IMG/VR virus record: IMGVR_UViG_3300005882_000010 | DNA length: 34,315 nt | Source of the DNA: a virus | Direction: 5' to 3' (one strand) | Shown here: positions 15,268 through 25,323 of the stretch, in pieces | Position numbering within the stretch: the stretch's first letter is position 1 | How the letters are laid out: every line of letters begins with the position of its first letter | Notes under the pieces: generated by a model | Told to the model about the DNA's origin: nothing | Database searches by the model: none | Seen by the model: only the letters and a program-made list of their open reading frames with translations | Program-made: the position numbers and the translations under genes

Positions 15268-15655
15268 ATTACAGGAGGCTATGAGCCACTTTGAGCAGGC
15301 TGATTGCCCTGTCGAGCATTATTTCAGTGACGGAATTTATGCTAGACAGCTAACTATACCCGCCGGAGTCTGCATTGTTGGCGCGAAGCACAAAACCAAT
15401 CATCTATTGATGCTTGTTTCTGGTGAGTGCCTCGTATCAACCAACGGCGAAGATGCAGAAAGAATTCAAGCCCCTAAGATGGTGGAGACCAAAGCAGGCA
15501 CTAAGCGAGCTATCACAGCTCTAAGCGATACTACAATGATTACCTTTCATGTAACCGAAGAGACAGATGTGGAGAAGATAGGCGACCAGATATTGGAAAA
15601 AGATTATAACGGCCTTCCGCAATGGAAAAACAATCTACTGGAGGTCAAGCGATGA
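15248..15655 (+). CDS. Small beta-rich protein, possibly cupin-like
   Basis: 135-aa ORF. An alternative ATG at 15281 sits directly after SD AGGAGG. PVEHYFSDGIYARQLTIPAGVCIVGAKHKTNHLLMLVSGE is reminiscent of a cupin barrel (tentative). Confidence 0.6.
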   Translation: MKSNLAKLQEAMSHFEQADCPVEHYFSDGIYARQLTIPAGVCIVGAKHKTNHLLMLVSGECLVSTNGEDAERIQAPKMVETKAGTKRAITALSDTTMITFHVTEETDVEKIGDQILEKDYNGLPQWKNNLLEVKR

Positions 15656-16056
15656 GTTGGGTTGTCACAGCCATAGCAGTTGTCGGAGCAGTTGCGTCAG
15701 CAGATGCACAGCGGCAAGCAGCCAAAGCAACAGAGATTCAGCTTAAAGAGCAAGCCGAACAAGAGCGAATCTCAGCGGAGGCAAGAGAGCTTGAGCGGAG
15801 GCAGCAGTTAAATAAAGTACTCGCGGCTAACATCGTCTCTCAATCGACAAGCGGTATAACCGGAGAAGGTACGCCTCAAAGCATTGCTTTAGAATCGGCC
15901 AAGCAGGCCAGTATCAGTGAGGGTATCATATCCCTATCTGAGAAATTAAAGCAGGCTCAGTTAAGGCGTCAGGCTAGTAACGTGCGTTCAGCAGGCGATA
16001 GGCAGGCCGCATCCACGCTATTATCATCAGCATTCGATATATCTAAGATGGGTTAA
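15652..16056 (+). CDS. Internal virion protein candidate (N-terminal TM, Ala/Gln-rich)
   Basis: ATG 15652 overlaps the upstream stop (ATGA), with SD ggagg. MSWVVTAIAVVGAVAS is hydrophobic. Occupies the position of T7 gp13/gp14. Confidence 0.6.
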   Translation: MSWVVTAIAVVGAVASADAQRQAAKATEIQLKEQAEQERISAEARELERRQQLNKVLAANIVSQSTSGITGEGTPQSIALESAKQASISEGIISLSEKLKQAQLRRQASNVRSAGDRQAASTLLSSAFDISKMG

Positions 16057-16058
16057 AT

Positions 16059-18215
16059 ATGGCTCAGAAGCGGATTGATTTTTTCGGACAATTCAGACCC
16101 ACTGGAGTTGACCCAACAGCGGCGGAGAAATACCGCCAATTAGCTGGAATAGGTCAGCAAGTAACCTCTATTGCCCTCCAAGAAGGCAAGCGCATCCGAA
16201 CCGAGGAAGGAATGCAGGAAGGTTTGAAAGCGGGGCAGGAAGCAGCAGAGGCAGGAGAGGCAATAGAAAAGCGGTCATCATTTACGTTTAAAGACCAAGC
16301 GTATAATGAAGGCGTTATTTTGTCTTATCGCGCCCAAGTGAGAAAGGACGCCAAAGAAACCCTAAATCGACTGCAGAATGAATATGAGCTGGATCCAGAG
16401 AAATTCCGCTCAGTGGCAGACGAGTACAAAAAGGGCATTATCCAAGGACTCCCAGAAGAGTTTGCTTTTGTAGTCGGCGGCGATATAGATAATGAAATAG
16501 TTAATCGAGCTACCGCTTTAGATGATGCGGCTTTTGAGCATGGTCGCCAACAGCTTATAGCCGACAATCTTGCAATGGCCGAAGACTTAAAAGACGACAT
16601 CTTAAACGCTGTTAGGCGTGGTGATGAGAAAGAAGCGGCTCGTTTGAGAGCTGAACGCATGGCCCTTATGGAGCGAGGGGTTCAGAATCGACTAATTGAC
16701 CCAAAGGTTCAGGCCAAAGACGCAGAGTCTATGGTCGAGCAAATAGCCATAAACAGAGAAGTTGGAAAACTCGACAGGTTGTTTGCTGATCCATCATTGA
16801 CCATTGAGGAAAAGATTCAGCGCGCTACTGAGATAGTAGACACCACCAAAAACAAAGAATTTAAAGACCTAGACCTTAGTCAAAAAGAGGCGCTAGGGGA
16901 TGCGCTGCAGTCAAAGCTGAACGAGCAAATCAGATTGCAGGCAGAATTCAAAGCGCAGGAGCAGAAGCAGTTAGCCGAAGAGACAATAGCTCTCAAGCTA
17001 GATGCTCAACTTTTACGTAAAGACCCCGTAGAAATACACGCAAAAGCCCAGGATATGTTCAGGAATGACCAAATCACAGAGGGCGAATATCAGGGGATAT
17101 TAACATCACTCGCACAAGCGGAAGCAAAAGAGACCCAGAATCAGCTAACTATCTCTAAAGTATCGGAAAGACTGAAGGGTGACGAATCCATTTTGGTGTC
17201 TCAGAAAGAAAACGATTTCTTCTGGGACAATGTCATGGAGAACTCATTATCCGGACTCGAAGCAGACGACAGAATATCGCTATCTGTCAATTATGTTAAA
17301 GATGTTGGTAGCGTACCTAGTAAGCTAAAGGCGCGAATCACTAACGGCTTGCGCTCTATGGATCAAGATTTGATTGCTGAGTCTGCCCGAATCATTGATG
17401 GAATAGACAACCTAAGAGGTATTGAAACTCCAGTAACGCCACATGACAGAGCCTTTGCTCAATTGGTTGTTGACTTAACAAAAAACATGGAGCCAGCCGA
17501 AGCGCTCAAGATAGCAAGAGAGCAGACTGACCCATCAAACGAGGCCCGAATCAAGGCCAGAGAAAAGCTAATCAAAGAGCAGAAGTATGAAGATAAGTAC
17601 CCTGACAAAGTAAATTCTCTCTTTCAGTCATCGGCTTTTGACTTTGGAGACTTCCAGGGAAAAGACCTTATCAACTTCTCGCAAATGCAAGAAGAGTACA
17701 AAGGTTTATTCGAGACATTTGTAAAAGCGGGAATGGATGAGTCTGCAGCAGAAGAAAAGGCCGGACAGTTATTGGTAAAGAATTGGAGCTATAGCCCATC
17801 GTCTGATCGCATGATGAAGTATCCTCCAGAGCACTACTACAATATCCAAGGCGATGCAGATTACATAAAAGATCAGCTTGACGAATTCATAAGAAAAGAG
17901 ACTAGCTTTGGAATAACAGAGGAAGGGTACCAAAAGGCACTATTAATATCCGATGAGCAAACCGGACAGTTGGCATCAAAAGGCACGCCTGATTATTTGG
18001 TGTATGTTCTTACTAACTCAGGACAGTTGGAGCTTGTGACAGGAACAGACCCTAAAGACGGCAAGATTAAGCCTATGCGCTGGAGTCCTGACGTTAAGAA
18101 AGAGCGCCAAAGACGTTCTGAAGAGATACGCAAGGGCGGCATGGATATTAGGAAAGAAGCGCTAAGAAAGCAGAGAAATATCATTAACATGCCATTGCAA
18201 TCGGGGGCTTTCTAA
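16059..18215 (+). CDS. Internal virion / ejection protein candidate (T7 gp15-like position and size)
   Basis: 718 aa, highly helical and charged, lying between the nozzle and tail fibre genes. Confidence 0.55.
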   Translation: MAQKRIDFFGQFRPTGVDPTAAEKYRQLAGIGQQVTSIALQEGKRIRTEEGMQEGLKAGQEAAEAGEAIEKRSSFTFKDQAYNEGVILSYRAQVRKDAKETLNRLQNEYELDPEKFRSVADEYKKGIIQGLPEEFAFVVGGDIDNEIVNRATALDDAAFEHGRQQLIADNLAMAEDLKDDILNAVRRGDEKEAARLRAERMALMERGVQNRLIDPKVQAKDAESMVEQIAINREVGKLDRLFADPSLTIEEKIQRATEIVDTTKNKEFKDLDLSQKEALGDALQSKLNEQIRLQAEFKAQEQKQLAEETIALKLDAQLLRKDPVEIHAKAQDMFRNDQITEGEYQGILTSLAQAEAKETQNQLTISKVSERLKGDESILVSQKENDFFWDNVMENSLSGLEADDRISLSVNYVKDVGSVPSKLKARITNGLRSMDQDLIAESARIIDGIDNLRGIETPVTPHDRAFAQLVVDLTKNMEPAEALKIAREQTDPSNEARIKAREKLIKEQKYEDKYPDKVNSLFQSSAFDFGDFQGKDLINFSQMQEEYKGLFETFVKAGMDESAAEEKAGQLLVKNWSYSPSSDRMMKYPPEHYYNIQGDADYIKDQLDEFIRKETSFGITEEGYQKALLISDEQTGQLASKGTPDYLVYVLTNSGQLELVTGTDPKDGKIKPMRWSPDVKKERQRRSEEIRKGGMDIRKEALRKQRNIINMPLQSGAF

Positions 18216-21200
18216 TGCCTGTTAGATTTGACGATAAAACAAACTTGGCAGTTGAGCGATTCATTCCCGCTCAGCAGTTTGAGGACGATGTCTCGTTTAA
18301 AGAGACCGTCATGGCATCGTACAGACTAGATAATACTGTTGGCTCGTTATTAGCCAAAGAATCAGGCATGCCTGATAGTATAGTTGAGAATCCCGAATTT
18401 AACCCCTTTGATCTATTGACCGAAGAAGAGCAGCAGGACGAAGCGTTTGTCTTCAATGCAGCCCTAGCAGACAACGAATATGAGCTTAATCAGCTTAGAA
18501 AGCAGGTGGCCAGAGAGCGTAAAGACAGGGAGACTTTGGAGAAGTCAGGCGCTATGGCTTTTCCGGCTGCGATTGCTATGGGTATTGTTGACCCAATCAA
18601 CTTAATACCTGTTGGCGGCACGGCCTATCGTTCATACAAAACCGGAAGTAGTATTCTCGCAGGTGCTATGGCTACTGGCTCGGTCGCTGCAGGCTCAGCG
18701 GCAATGAGCGAGGCAGCACTGCACGCTACTCAATTGGAAAGAACATTCGGAGAGTCAGCCTTAAACGTGTCTGGCTCAGCATTGTTGGGTGGCGTATTGG
18801 GCGGTCTTTCGTCCGGCCTAAAGCAATTCCAAATGAACAAGATTTCCCAGGAAATCGAAGAGTCCATGAATGTAGAGCCTAAAGTAAGGGAGGGCTTAGA
18901 TTCAGTTGGTGCGGCTCGATACGTTGAAGATGTGGAGATTTCAGGGAAGGCGGCAAAAGTCCTTGCTAAGGGGCTGGCATTTGACCCTCTGACAAGAACG
19001 CTTAGCAGTGAAGTTTCGGTGGTTCGAAGGGTGGCTAACTCTTTGGCAGAGAATCCTTACGATATGGATGGCGGCATAACCCAAGCCGTAGAGTCTAAGA
19101 TTAAAATCCATGATGGTCGATATGTGACCGCTATGGAAAACCATCTAAACAACTACAAAGAATTTCAGCGCGAAATTGGCGGTAAGACGGGTATTGGCAG
19201 GGCCTTCAACAGAAAAGGAATGAGTCGCAGAGAGTTCAGTGAAGCGGTGTCAAGACAGGTCAGAAACCCATCTGAAAACGCGCATCCTAGAATAAAAGCC
19301 GCTGCAGATAGTTGGCTGAATGACTTCTATACGCCCATTAAAAACGAGCTGATAGAGGCTAAATTATTACCGGAAGATGTGGACGTTAAGACTGCAGTTA
19401 ACTACCTTAATCGCGTTTGGAGCCCTGGAAAGATAACCGCCAATAAAGATTTATTTGTCTCCAAGGTGGCAAAGTGGCTTGCCGATGAGGATGTGAAGCT
19501 GCATAAGGCTGCAGATGAAGCGGCTGAAGAACTCAGAGGGCTTAATAAGCAGATTGATGAGCTGCGCGCAAGAGGCGAAAGAGCTGATAAAAAAATGCTC
19601 AAGAGGCTCGATGAATTAGAGGCGCAGATAGGAAAGTCTAAATTTAAGCAAGAGCTAGACCTTGAAGAGCTGGACTACAGAAACACGGCAGAGCAGATAG
19701 CAGACAGGATAATCGGAACTCCTGACGGCAAGCTTCCCTATGATTTTAAATTGGACGGAAGCTCAAAAAGCGCAGGGTTTGCAACAAAGAATCAAAAGCT
19801 AAAAGGCCCACTTAAGTCGAGAACCTTCAATATCCCAGATGAGTTAATCGAGGAGTTCTTGGAAAATGATATTGAGATGCTAGGTGGCAGATATTTGCGG
19901 CAGGTTGTTCCGGATTTGGAGCTAACGAAAGCCTACGGCGACATTGATATGACCGAGCAGTTGAAGGAGATAGAATCTGCCCACAGGGAAAAAGCAAGAG
20001 GATTGACCGGAAAGGCTGCAGACAAGCTGGAAAAACAAAAGCAGAGAGACCTTAAGGACATTATTGGAATGCGGGATAGAATACGTGGCGTTTATGATAA
20101 AGCCGACCCCAATAACCCTTGGGTAAGAATTAGGCGCTCAATACGAGATTTAAATTATCTTCGCTTTATGGGTGGCGTTGTTGCCTCCTCCGTTCCGGAT
20201 GTCGCTAGGATATTTATGGCAGAAGGCTTTGCGAACACCTTCAAGAACGGTCTTGGCGTATTAATCAAAAACTCAAAAGGCTTTAAGATTGCTGCAGCAG
20301 AGGCTAAAAGGTACGGTGTGGGCGTAGATGCCATTATCGGGGGTAGGTCTCAGATAATCGCGGATATAGCTGATTACACTCAAGGCGGCACCGCTGTTGA
20401 GCGTGGGTTACGCTCTATGGCCGAGAAGTTCGGAAAAGTAAACCTAATGGACTACTGGACAACCGGAGTTAAGCAGCTTCACGCGGTAACCATGCAAAAT
20501 ACCCTGATTGAAAAACTTATTAAGGGCAGATATGACAAACGCCTTGCAAGGCTGGGGATTGATGAAGCAGACGCCAAATTAATAACCGAGCAACTAAAGA
20601 AGCATGCCGAAAAGATGGACGGCGTATGGATTTCCAATGCCAAAAAATGGGATTCCATAGAAGTAGAGAAGATGTGGGGAGCCGCTATTCGAAAAGAGTC
20701 AGACCGAGTTATTGTTGTGCCTGGTCAGGAAAAGCCGCTTTTCATGTCTTCCGATATGGGCAAGACAGTTATGCAGTTTCGCTCCTTCATGTTTTCGGCC
20801 ACGCAAAGAATGCTCATCGCAGGCATACAGGGACAAGAGGCCAACTATGTTGGCGGCATGTTAATGATGACCTCATTAGGCATCATGACTTACATGTTCA
20901 AGCAGTGGGACGCGGGCAGAGATATATCAGATGACCCTATGACATTAGTCATGGAGGGCATAGACCGCTCTGGTGCATTAGGCGCTATCATGGAGATAAA
21001 CAATACCATAGAGCGCACCAGCAACAATAATTTCGGACTAAGGCCGCTTTTGGGAGTTAGCCAGCCTGCAAGCAGGTTTGCATCTAGGAGCCAAGCAGAG
21101 GCTCTTCTAGGCCCGACATTTGGCAGCTTTCTATCTACTGTACTTCAAGTTACATCGGCGGGGACAGACGCCAACGAGTGGAAAGAAGGCGATACCAGAG

Positions 21201-21280
21201 CGATAAGAAGACTTATTCCTTATCAGAATTTAATGATTATCAGGCAATGGCTTGATAAAATAGAGCAAAGTATACAATAG
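18215..21280 (+). CDS. Large internal virion / ejection protein candidate (T7 gp16-like position)
   Basis: 1021 aa, the largest ORF. Start overlaps the upstream stop. Gly/Ala-rich hydrophobic stretches (AMATGSVAAGSAAMSEA, SGSALLGGVLGGL). Confidence 0.55.
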   Translation: MPVRFDDKTNLAVERFIPAQQFEDDVSFKETVMASYRLDNTVGSLLAKESGMPDSIVENPEFNPFDLLTEEEQQDEAFVFNAALADNEYELNQLRKQVARERKDRETLEKSGAMAFPAAIAMGIVDPINLIPVGGTAYRSYKTGSSILAGAMATGSVAAGSAAMSEAALHATQLERTFGESALNVSGSALLGGVLGGLSSGLKQFQMNKISQEIEESMNVEPKVREGLDSVGAARYVEDVEISGKAAKVLAKGLAFDPLTRTLSSEVSVVRRVANSLAENPYDMDGGITQAVESKIKIHDGRYVTAMENHLNNYKEFQREIGGKTGIGRAFNRKGMSRREFSEAVSRQVRNPSENAHPRIKAAADSWLNDFYTPIKNELIEAKLLPEDVDVKTAVNYLNRVWSPGKITANKDLFVSKVAKWLADEDVKLHKAADEAAEELRGLNKQIDELRARGERADKKMLKRLDELEAQIGKSKFKQELDLEELDYRNTAEQIADRIIGTPDGKLPYDFKLDGSSKSAGFATKNQKLKGPLKSRTFNIPDELIEEFLENDIEMLGGRYLRQVVPDLELTKAYGDIDMTEQLKEIESAHREKARGLTGKAADKLEKQKQRDLKDIIGMRDRIRGVYDKADPNNPWVRIRRSIRDLNYLRFMGGVVASSVPDVARIFMAEGFANTFKNGLGVLIKNSKGFKIAAAEAKRYGVGVDAIIGGRSQIIADIADYTQGGTAVERGLRSMAEKFGKVNLMDYWTTGVKQLHAVTMQNTLIEKLIKGRYDKRLARLGIDEADAKLITEQLKKHAEKMDGVWISNAKKWDSIEVEKMWGAAIRKESDRVIVVPGQEKPLFMSSDMGKTVMQFRSFMFSATQRMLIAGIQGQEANYVGGMLMMTSLGIMTYMFKQWDAGRDISDDPMTLVMEGIDRSGALGAIMEINNTIERTSNNNFGLRPLLGVSQPASRFASRSQAEALLGPTFGSFLSTVLQVTSAGTDANEWKEGDTRAIRRLIPYQNLMIIRQWLDKIEQSIQ

Positions 21281-21288
21281 GTGACGTT

Positions 21289-23466
21289 ATGCCCGTAACT
21301 AACTCAAGCGCACGAGACCAATACACAGCAACATCAGGACAGACGATATTTGCTTACACCTTCGAGATCTTTCAAAAGGAAGATATTGCAGTCGAGCAAA
21401 ACGGCACGCTATTAACTGTAGATGTAGATTTTACAGTTTCAGGGGTGGGCAATGATAGCGGCGGCAACGTCACTCTGACCACCGGAGCCACAGCAGGCGA
21501 TATAATCACCATCTATCGAGACATGGACTTAGCCCGAACCACGAATTATCAGCCCTCTGGCTCGTTCTTAGCCGATGAAGTGGATGACGACTTTGACCGT
21601 TTATGGATGGCGCTACAGCAGCAGCAGGCCAAATTCGGCCAAGCTATCCGCGCAAAGCTAAATGATACAGCATTAAATTCAACCAACACCGAATTAGCCG
21701 ATGTAAACACAAGGGCAAACAAGGTTCTAGGCTTTGATAATTCCGGTCTGTTAAATTATGTAAACGTCAATCTTGCAGCAGGGACTTATAAATATCACGC
21801 CACTGTAGCCTCGATGCAGGCTGACGACTCGCTTCAAGTGGGTGACGTTGTAATCATAGGCGAACGAGCCAATTCCCTATGGGACGTGATAGCGGCTACT
21901 ACAAATAACGGATATGACATCTTAGATGGTACGGCTTCTGGAGTGAGTTTGCAGCTTCGACATGAAAATGGGGTTATAGACATGGCTGCGTTTGGGGTAA
22001 GCAAAGATGCAACCCCGTCCTTCAATCAAGCAGCGGCACAGAGAGCACTAGATGTCGCAGGCTCTACTACTACACCTGGCACTTCTAGTGCCGGAGGTGA
22101 AGTAAAGTGTGTCATGGGTGTAACCATAGCCGGTAGTATAGAGGTTAAAGGTATAGGCACAACACTATACGCCCCGAGAGGGAGAGGTAGGGTCAACAGC
22201 TACCACTTTAAATTGGATGCCTCATCTACAGACACGAAAACTATACATGTATCAGGACCAGCATCGACACTAAGAGGACTGACTATTTTAGGAAAGGGGC
22301 CGACGGCTTCGGGAACTTATGCCATTACCGCAGAGGAAGGGTACGATGGAACCAATAATGCAGATGTGGATTTATACATTGAAAATTGCGAGATTGGGAA
22401 CGCTGAGACATGTATAAAAGTCTCGGGTAGGGGGCTGTACGTAAACGACACTGACTTTACGTTAATGACAAACGTATTTGAACTTGATTACCCTGGTGCT
22501 GCATTTGTAGAAGGGCCGAATGCAGATCAAAAAACAATAACAGGCTATAGATGTTACACTGTCAGGGATTCTAGATTTCATGCCGCTAGCGGTGGATTTA
22601 TAGTTAAGAATACAGGTGCTCAGAAGGCTAACTTGCAGCAGTTTTTAATGACTGGGTGTTTTTGCGATGCGACTATAAGGATATGGGATGGAGAGATGCA
22701 CAAAGCCCTTATAGATGGCAATCACTTTATTTACAAAAATGCCACGGCTACTAGCCTATTTAATTTGTCAGGCGGCTCTGACTCTATGGTATCAAATAAT
22801 TATATAGGTGGTATGCCAGATAATGGATATGGAACAACAAGGGAATACATAGGAATTGCTTCATTCACAAATTGCTCAAACATTAAATTTGTAGACAACG
22901 AGTTTTTCAGAGTAAATAAAGATTGCTTTACAATAGTGACTGGTAATTCTGATATCTATATAGAGGGCAATACTTTTAGAGAGTTCTGCTTAATCAATAA
23001 TACAGAGACAAGGTATCCGGTCAGGGTTGCGGGTGCAATAGACGGATTGAGAGTTCAGAATAATGAATTCATTAATTCTTCAACTAGAACCAATGACACC
23101 TATATTATTGGTAATGTTGGGGGCGTAGCTATAACCAATTGTTACCGAGAGGGAAATAAGTTCGACACTTCCAATTGGATACTTGATAATATTATTGAGT
23201 CAGACAAGCAGGGGTCTCATTCTTCCTACCGTAGATACGAGAGAGTTACAGGTGACGGCACTGCATCTCAGGTTGTTACATTTGCATTCGAGCCTTTGTG
23301 GTGCATAGTAAATTGCATATCTGGTGTAAATAAAGGAGAGACCCTTATAGTGTCTGCTTTTAGCGGCACAGGCTCCGGTGAGGTCGATATTGTAAACAAT
23401 ACAGTTGAGCTAAAAGGCATATTCAATGCCACTGGCGACATATACAGTGTAGTTGCCTTCATATAA
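21289..23466 (+). CDS. Tail fibre / tailspike with a right-handed beta-helix (depolymerase-like) domain
   Basis: 725 aa. The N-terminal pattern (YTATSGQTIFAYTFEIFQKEDIAV...DFTVSG...ITIYRD...DDDFDRLWMALQQ) is conserved in phage tail fibre anchors. The central region has repeated N-x-F/I-x-G/N strands (NNYIGG, DNEFFRV, GNTFREF, NNEFINS). Confidence 0.75.
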   Translation: MPVTNSSARDQYTATSGQTIFAYTFEIFQKEDIAVEQNGTLLTVDVDFTVSGVGNDSGGNVTLTTGATAGDIITIYRDMDLARTTNYQPSGSFLADEVDDDFDRLWMALQQQQAKFGQAIRAKLNDTALNSTNTELADVNTRANKVLGFDNSGLLNYVNVNLAAGTYKYHATVASMQADDSLQVGDVVIIGERANSLWDVIAATTNNGYDILDGTASGVSLQLRHENGVIDMAAFGVSKDATPSFNQAAAQRALDVAGSTTTPGTSSAGGEVKCVMGVTIAGSIEVKGIGTTLYAPRGRGRVNSYHFKLDASSTDTKTIHVSGPASTLRGLTILGKGPTASGTYAITAEEGYDGTNNADVDLYIENCEIGNAETCIKVSGRGLYVNDTDFTLMTNVFELDYPGAAFVEGPNADQKTITGYRCYTVRDSRFHAASGGFIVKNTGAQKANLQQFLMTGCFCDATIRIWDGEMHKALIDGNHFIYKNATATSLFNLSGGSDSMVSNNYIGGMPDNGYGTTREYIGIASFTNCSNIKFVDNEFFRVNKDCFTIVTGNSDIYIEGNTFREFCLINNTETRYPVRVAGAIDGLRVQNNEFINSSTRTNDTYIIGNVGGVAITNCYREGNKFDTSNWILDNIIESDKQGSHSSYRRYERVTGDGTASQVVTFAFEPLWCIVNCISGVNKGETLIVSAFSGTGSGEVDIVNNTVELKGIFNATGDIYSVVAFI

Positions 23467-23490
23467 AAAACCCAGCAACTTAGCATAAAC

Positions 23491-23509
23491 GCGGCGATTC
23501 ATTCGCCGC
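23491..23509. terminator. Hairpin at the convergence point of the + and - transcription units (possible bidirectional terminator)
   Basis: GCGGCGA-ttcat-TCGCCGC, a 7-bp stem. It overlaps the stop of the minus-strand gene. There is no adjacent T-run, so termination is uncertain. Confidence 0.3.
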
Positions 23510-23909
23510 CATTGCTCGGCCAAGGTACATGAATTCCATGCTCTGCCAGCTTTCGATTTAACACCTCGTAAATCTGCGTATATTCGGCTCTTTCCGGCTT
23601 TGTAGTTGATTCCTTTCCGGTCAGAGCCTTTTGCACAGGCCGCCAAAAGTGGTCCTTAACCAATTCAGGTGTAAACGGCACAGGATAACCCTCTTTCAAG
23701 AACAGCCTGAAATCATATCCCGCATCGTTCAAAGCATCAGCGACAAGCCTGCAATAAACATGCAGGGCTTTGTTTTGCTGACCACTCCTTTGCTTCCCTG
23801 TCCTTAAAGAAACTCGAAGATACTTGTGATTATTAAACATCTCATCGAGATAGCGCTTGTACCGCTCAAGCTCATAGACTGAGTTAATTACTTGTTCTTT
23901 AGATTCCAT
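23499..23909 (-). CDS. ninB: NinB/Orf-like recombination mediator
   Basis: 136 aa. RSGQQNKALHVYCRLVADAL and GKESTTKPERAEYTQIYEVLNRKLAEHGIHVPW parallel lambda NinB RSLDQNRKLWACLGDV and GQSTSRMRVGEFAELLELIQAFGTERGVKW (from memory). Confidence 0.55.
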   Translation of the reverse strand: MESKEQVINSVYELERYKRYLDEMFNNHKYLRVSLRTGKQRSGQQNKALHVYCRLVADALNDAGYDFRLFLKEGYPVPFTPELVKDHFWRPVQKALTGKESTTKPERAEYTQIYEVLNRKLAEHGIHVPWPSNGGE

Positions 23910-24091
23910 ATCGCTTTCTCAAGCTTTTTAATGTCCTCGCGCAATACTTTCATTTCGCTATCCATGCGTTTTTCCTGCTCTTCCTGGACCTCTTTCAGCA
24001 CTCGAACAGTCTTAGCCAAGTCCACAATCGCCACCTGCTCAGGCGTTAATTCTTCCTCGAATCCCCGTTCACCAAAATCTGGATGTGTCAT
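23888..24091 (-). CDS. Hypothetical coiled-coil protein
   Basis: 67-aa ORF. Its start overlaps the upstream stop (TAATG). Confidence 0.6.
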   Translation of the reverse strand: MTHPDFGERGFEEELTPEQVAIVDLAKTVRVLKEVQEEQEKRMDSEMKVLREDIKKLEKAIWNLKNK

Positions 24092-24606
24092 TATTCAACC
24101 TCCCAAGGCCAGCAATAGCCATCCTGCAACCCTTTAATCGTAAAAGCAGTTATCGCGGTGATGTAGTCCGAACCCATAATATAGATTGTCTTATACATTA
24201 CTTCCAACTCAAAGCCAGCCTCTTCTAGCTTTCCCATAAGCCCTTTAACATTTTTAAAATTCTCAGTACTAAACCAGTAGTTCATACGGGGCTTGCAGTA
24301 GTTCCACAAAAGATCGTCTTCGGAAGTGAAGCCATTTGGACTGATACATTTCAAATGACACATAACTGGAGAATTATCGAATCCGACGCGCATTGAAAAC
24401 AGACAATCAATACCGCTATTCACCAGCACACTCATATCAACAGGCTTTATCTCAGGCTCAAGTTTCTCTGCAATCTCTTTGCCGAATTTGTAGAGCTCTC
24501 CAGTCTTGCTTGTTTTAATTAACATTCCGTCTTTCTTTTGCTTCTCGAATAGCCTGTAACAATTTAAAGCGATTCGCTCATGTTCTTTCAATTCACTCTC
24601 TTTCAT
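24091..24606 (-). CDS. Hypothetical protein
   Basis: 171-aa ORF, SD aaggag 8 nt upstream, downstream of motif copy S3. Confidence 0.75.
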   Translation of the reverse strand: MKESELKEHERIALNCYRLFEKQKKDGMLIKTSKTGELYKFGKEIAEKLEPEIKPVDMSVLVNSGIDCLFSMRVGFDNSPVMCHLKCISPNGFTSEDDLLWNYCKPRMNYWFSTENFKNVKGLMGKLEEAGFELEVMYKTIYIMGSDYITAITAFTIKGLQDGYCWPWEVE

Positions 24607-24632
24607 TTCTGAACTCCTTAATTAACCTTTAC

Positions 24633-24833
24633 TCATTCTCTCACGCCCTTAGCGCACAACAAATCCGACCAGTTTTGCCGAGCAGCCCTGCATCCCTTCA
24701 CATCAACAACCTTCACGCTGAAATTCCACCATGACTTATCCACGACTTCATTTTTAATTCCTAGCTCGCAATCGCCCTCGACACTCAAATGAGGACAGTC
24801 ATTGCACCAGGTTTTAGCGCGAAGGTGTTTCAT
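24633..24833 (-). CDS. Hypothetical Cys-rich small protein
   Basis: ATG 24833 overlaps the upstream stop (ATGA). Product is 66 aa, MKHLRAKTWCNDCPHLSVEGDCELG... Confidence 0.6.
   Translation of the reverse strand: MKHLRAKTWCNDCPHLSVEGDCELGIKNEVVDKSWWNFSVKVVDVKGCRAARQNWSDLLCAKGVRE
24635..24675 (-). promoter_or_regulatory. Motif copy S3 (AAACTGGTCGGATTTGTTG, core 24673->24664) plus the -10-like hexamer GAGAAT (24640->24635)
   Basis: Shares 17 identical nt with copy S2. Lies within the 3' end of ORF 24633..24833. The core ends 23 nt before the -10-like hexamer and 57 nt before ATG 24606. Confidence 0.45.
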
Positions 24834-25096
24834 TGCCAGTTCATCACTGTGTGGTTTCGCAAAGTCTCTGAGCACTCATTAAATAAGTAAGTCGGCATGG
24901 TGCCAAACCGCTTGTTATTAATAATCACGTAAGTATATGGCTTGCCTTGGTGCCGGCACTCGTAGACCTTTTTAACGATGTTGATTTGCTTCTGCATCAC
25001 TAAGTCAGACTCAACCTTATCCCTGATATGCAGCGTATGAGTCACGAATGACGATAATCCGATGCATAGCACACACAATATAGCTGTGAATTTCAT
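24830..25096 (-). CDS. Small protein with an N-terminal signal/TM segment
   Basis: 88 aa, MKFTAILCVLCIGLSSFV... Confidence 0.65.
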   Translation of the reverse strand: MKFTAILCVLCIGLSSFVTHTLHIRDKVESDLVMQKQINIVKKVYECRHQGKPYTYVIINNKRFGTMPTYLFNECSETLRNHTVMNWQ

Positions 25097-25323
25097 TCCT
25101 CAATCCTCCACTTACTCTTACTCTCAATAACTAACACTTTACCCGATGGCAACTGGACAGACTTTCGGCCATGCTCCAATTGCCGCTTGTAATTCGCCAT
25201 GCTTGCGCTTATCGTCCGCTTGTCATCGAATGACAACCTCATATAGTGCCATGACTTATCCCACATGCTGACGAACTCAGGCGGCGGCTTGGCTTCTTTC
25301 GGTTGCTTCTTAGGCGGCATCAC
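25093..25323 (-). CDS. Hypothetical small basic protein
   Basis: 76-aa ORF, overlapping stops and starts with both neighbours. Confidence 0.6.
   Translation of the reverse strand: MMPPKKQPKEAKPPPEFVSMWDKSWHYMRLSFDDKRTISASMANYKRQLEHGRKSVQLPSGKVLVIESKSKWRIEE

Noticed and set aside
5283-20934. Same-strand alternative-frame ORFs inside large genes (5283..5525, 5635..5937, 5646..5891 in TerL; 7070..7279 in the portal; 9287..9517; 20626..20934)
   Set aside because: They are nested in out-of-frame positions of confidently assigned genes, with no initiation signals.
21289-23466. Diversity-generating retroelement targeting the tail fibre
   Set aside because: No reverse transcriptase ORF exists in the genome. 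I saw no template or variable repeat copy of the tail-fibre 3' end elsewhere.
494-23646. Antisense shadow ORFs inside the plus-strand late genes (e.g. 494..709, 710..979, 1356..1559, 1553..1765, 1822..2106, 2678..3001, 6763..6972, 7953..8231, 8595..8909, 9377..9571, 9959..10141, 10068..10283, 14088..14318, 16325..16660, 17993..18190, 18271..18474, 18941..19144, 19402..19602, 21834..22025, 23268..23486, 23410..23646)
   Set aside because: All lie opposite longer, functionally recognisable or syntenic genes. They lack RBSs, and their composition (Ser/Leu/Arg-rich) is typical of antisense frames.
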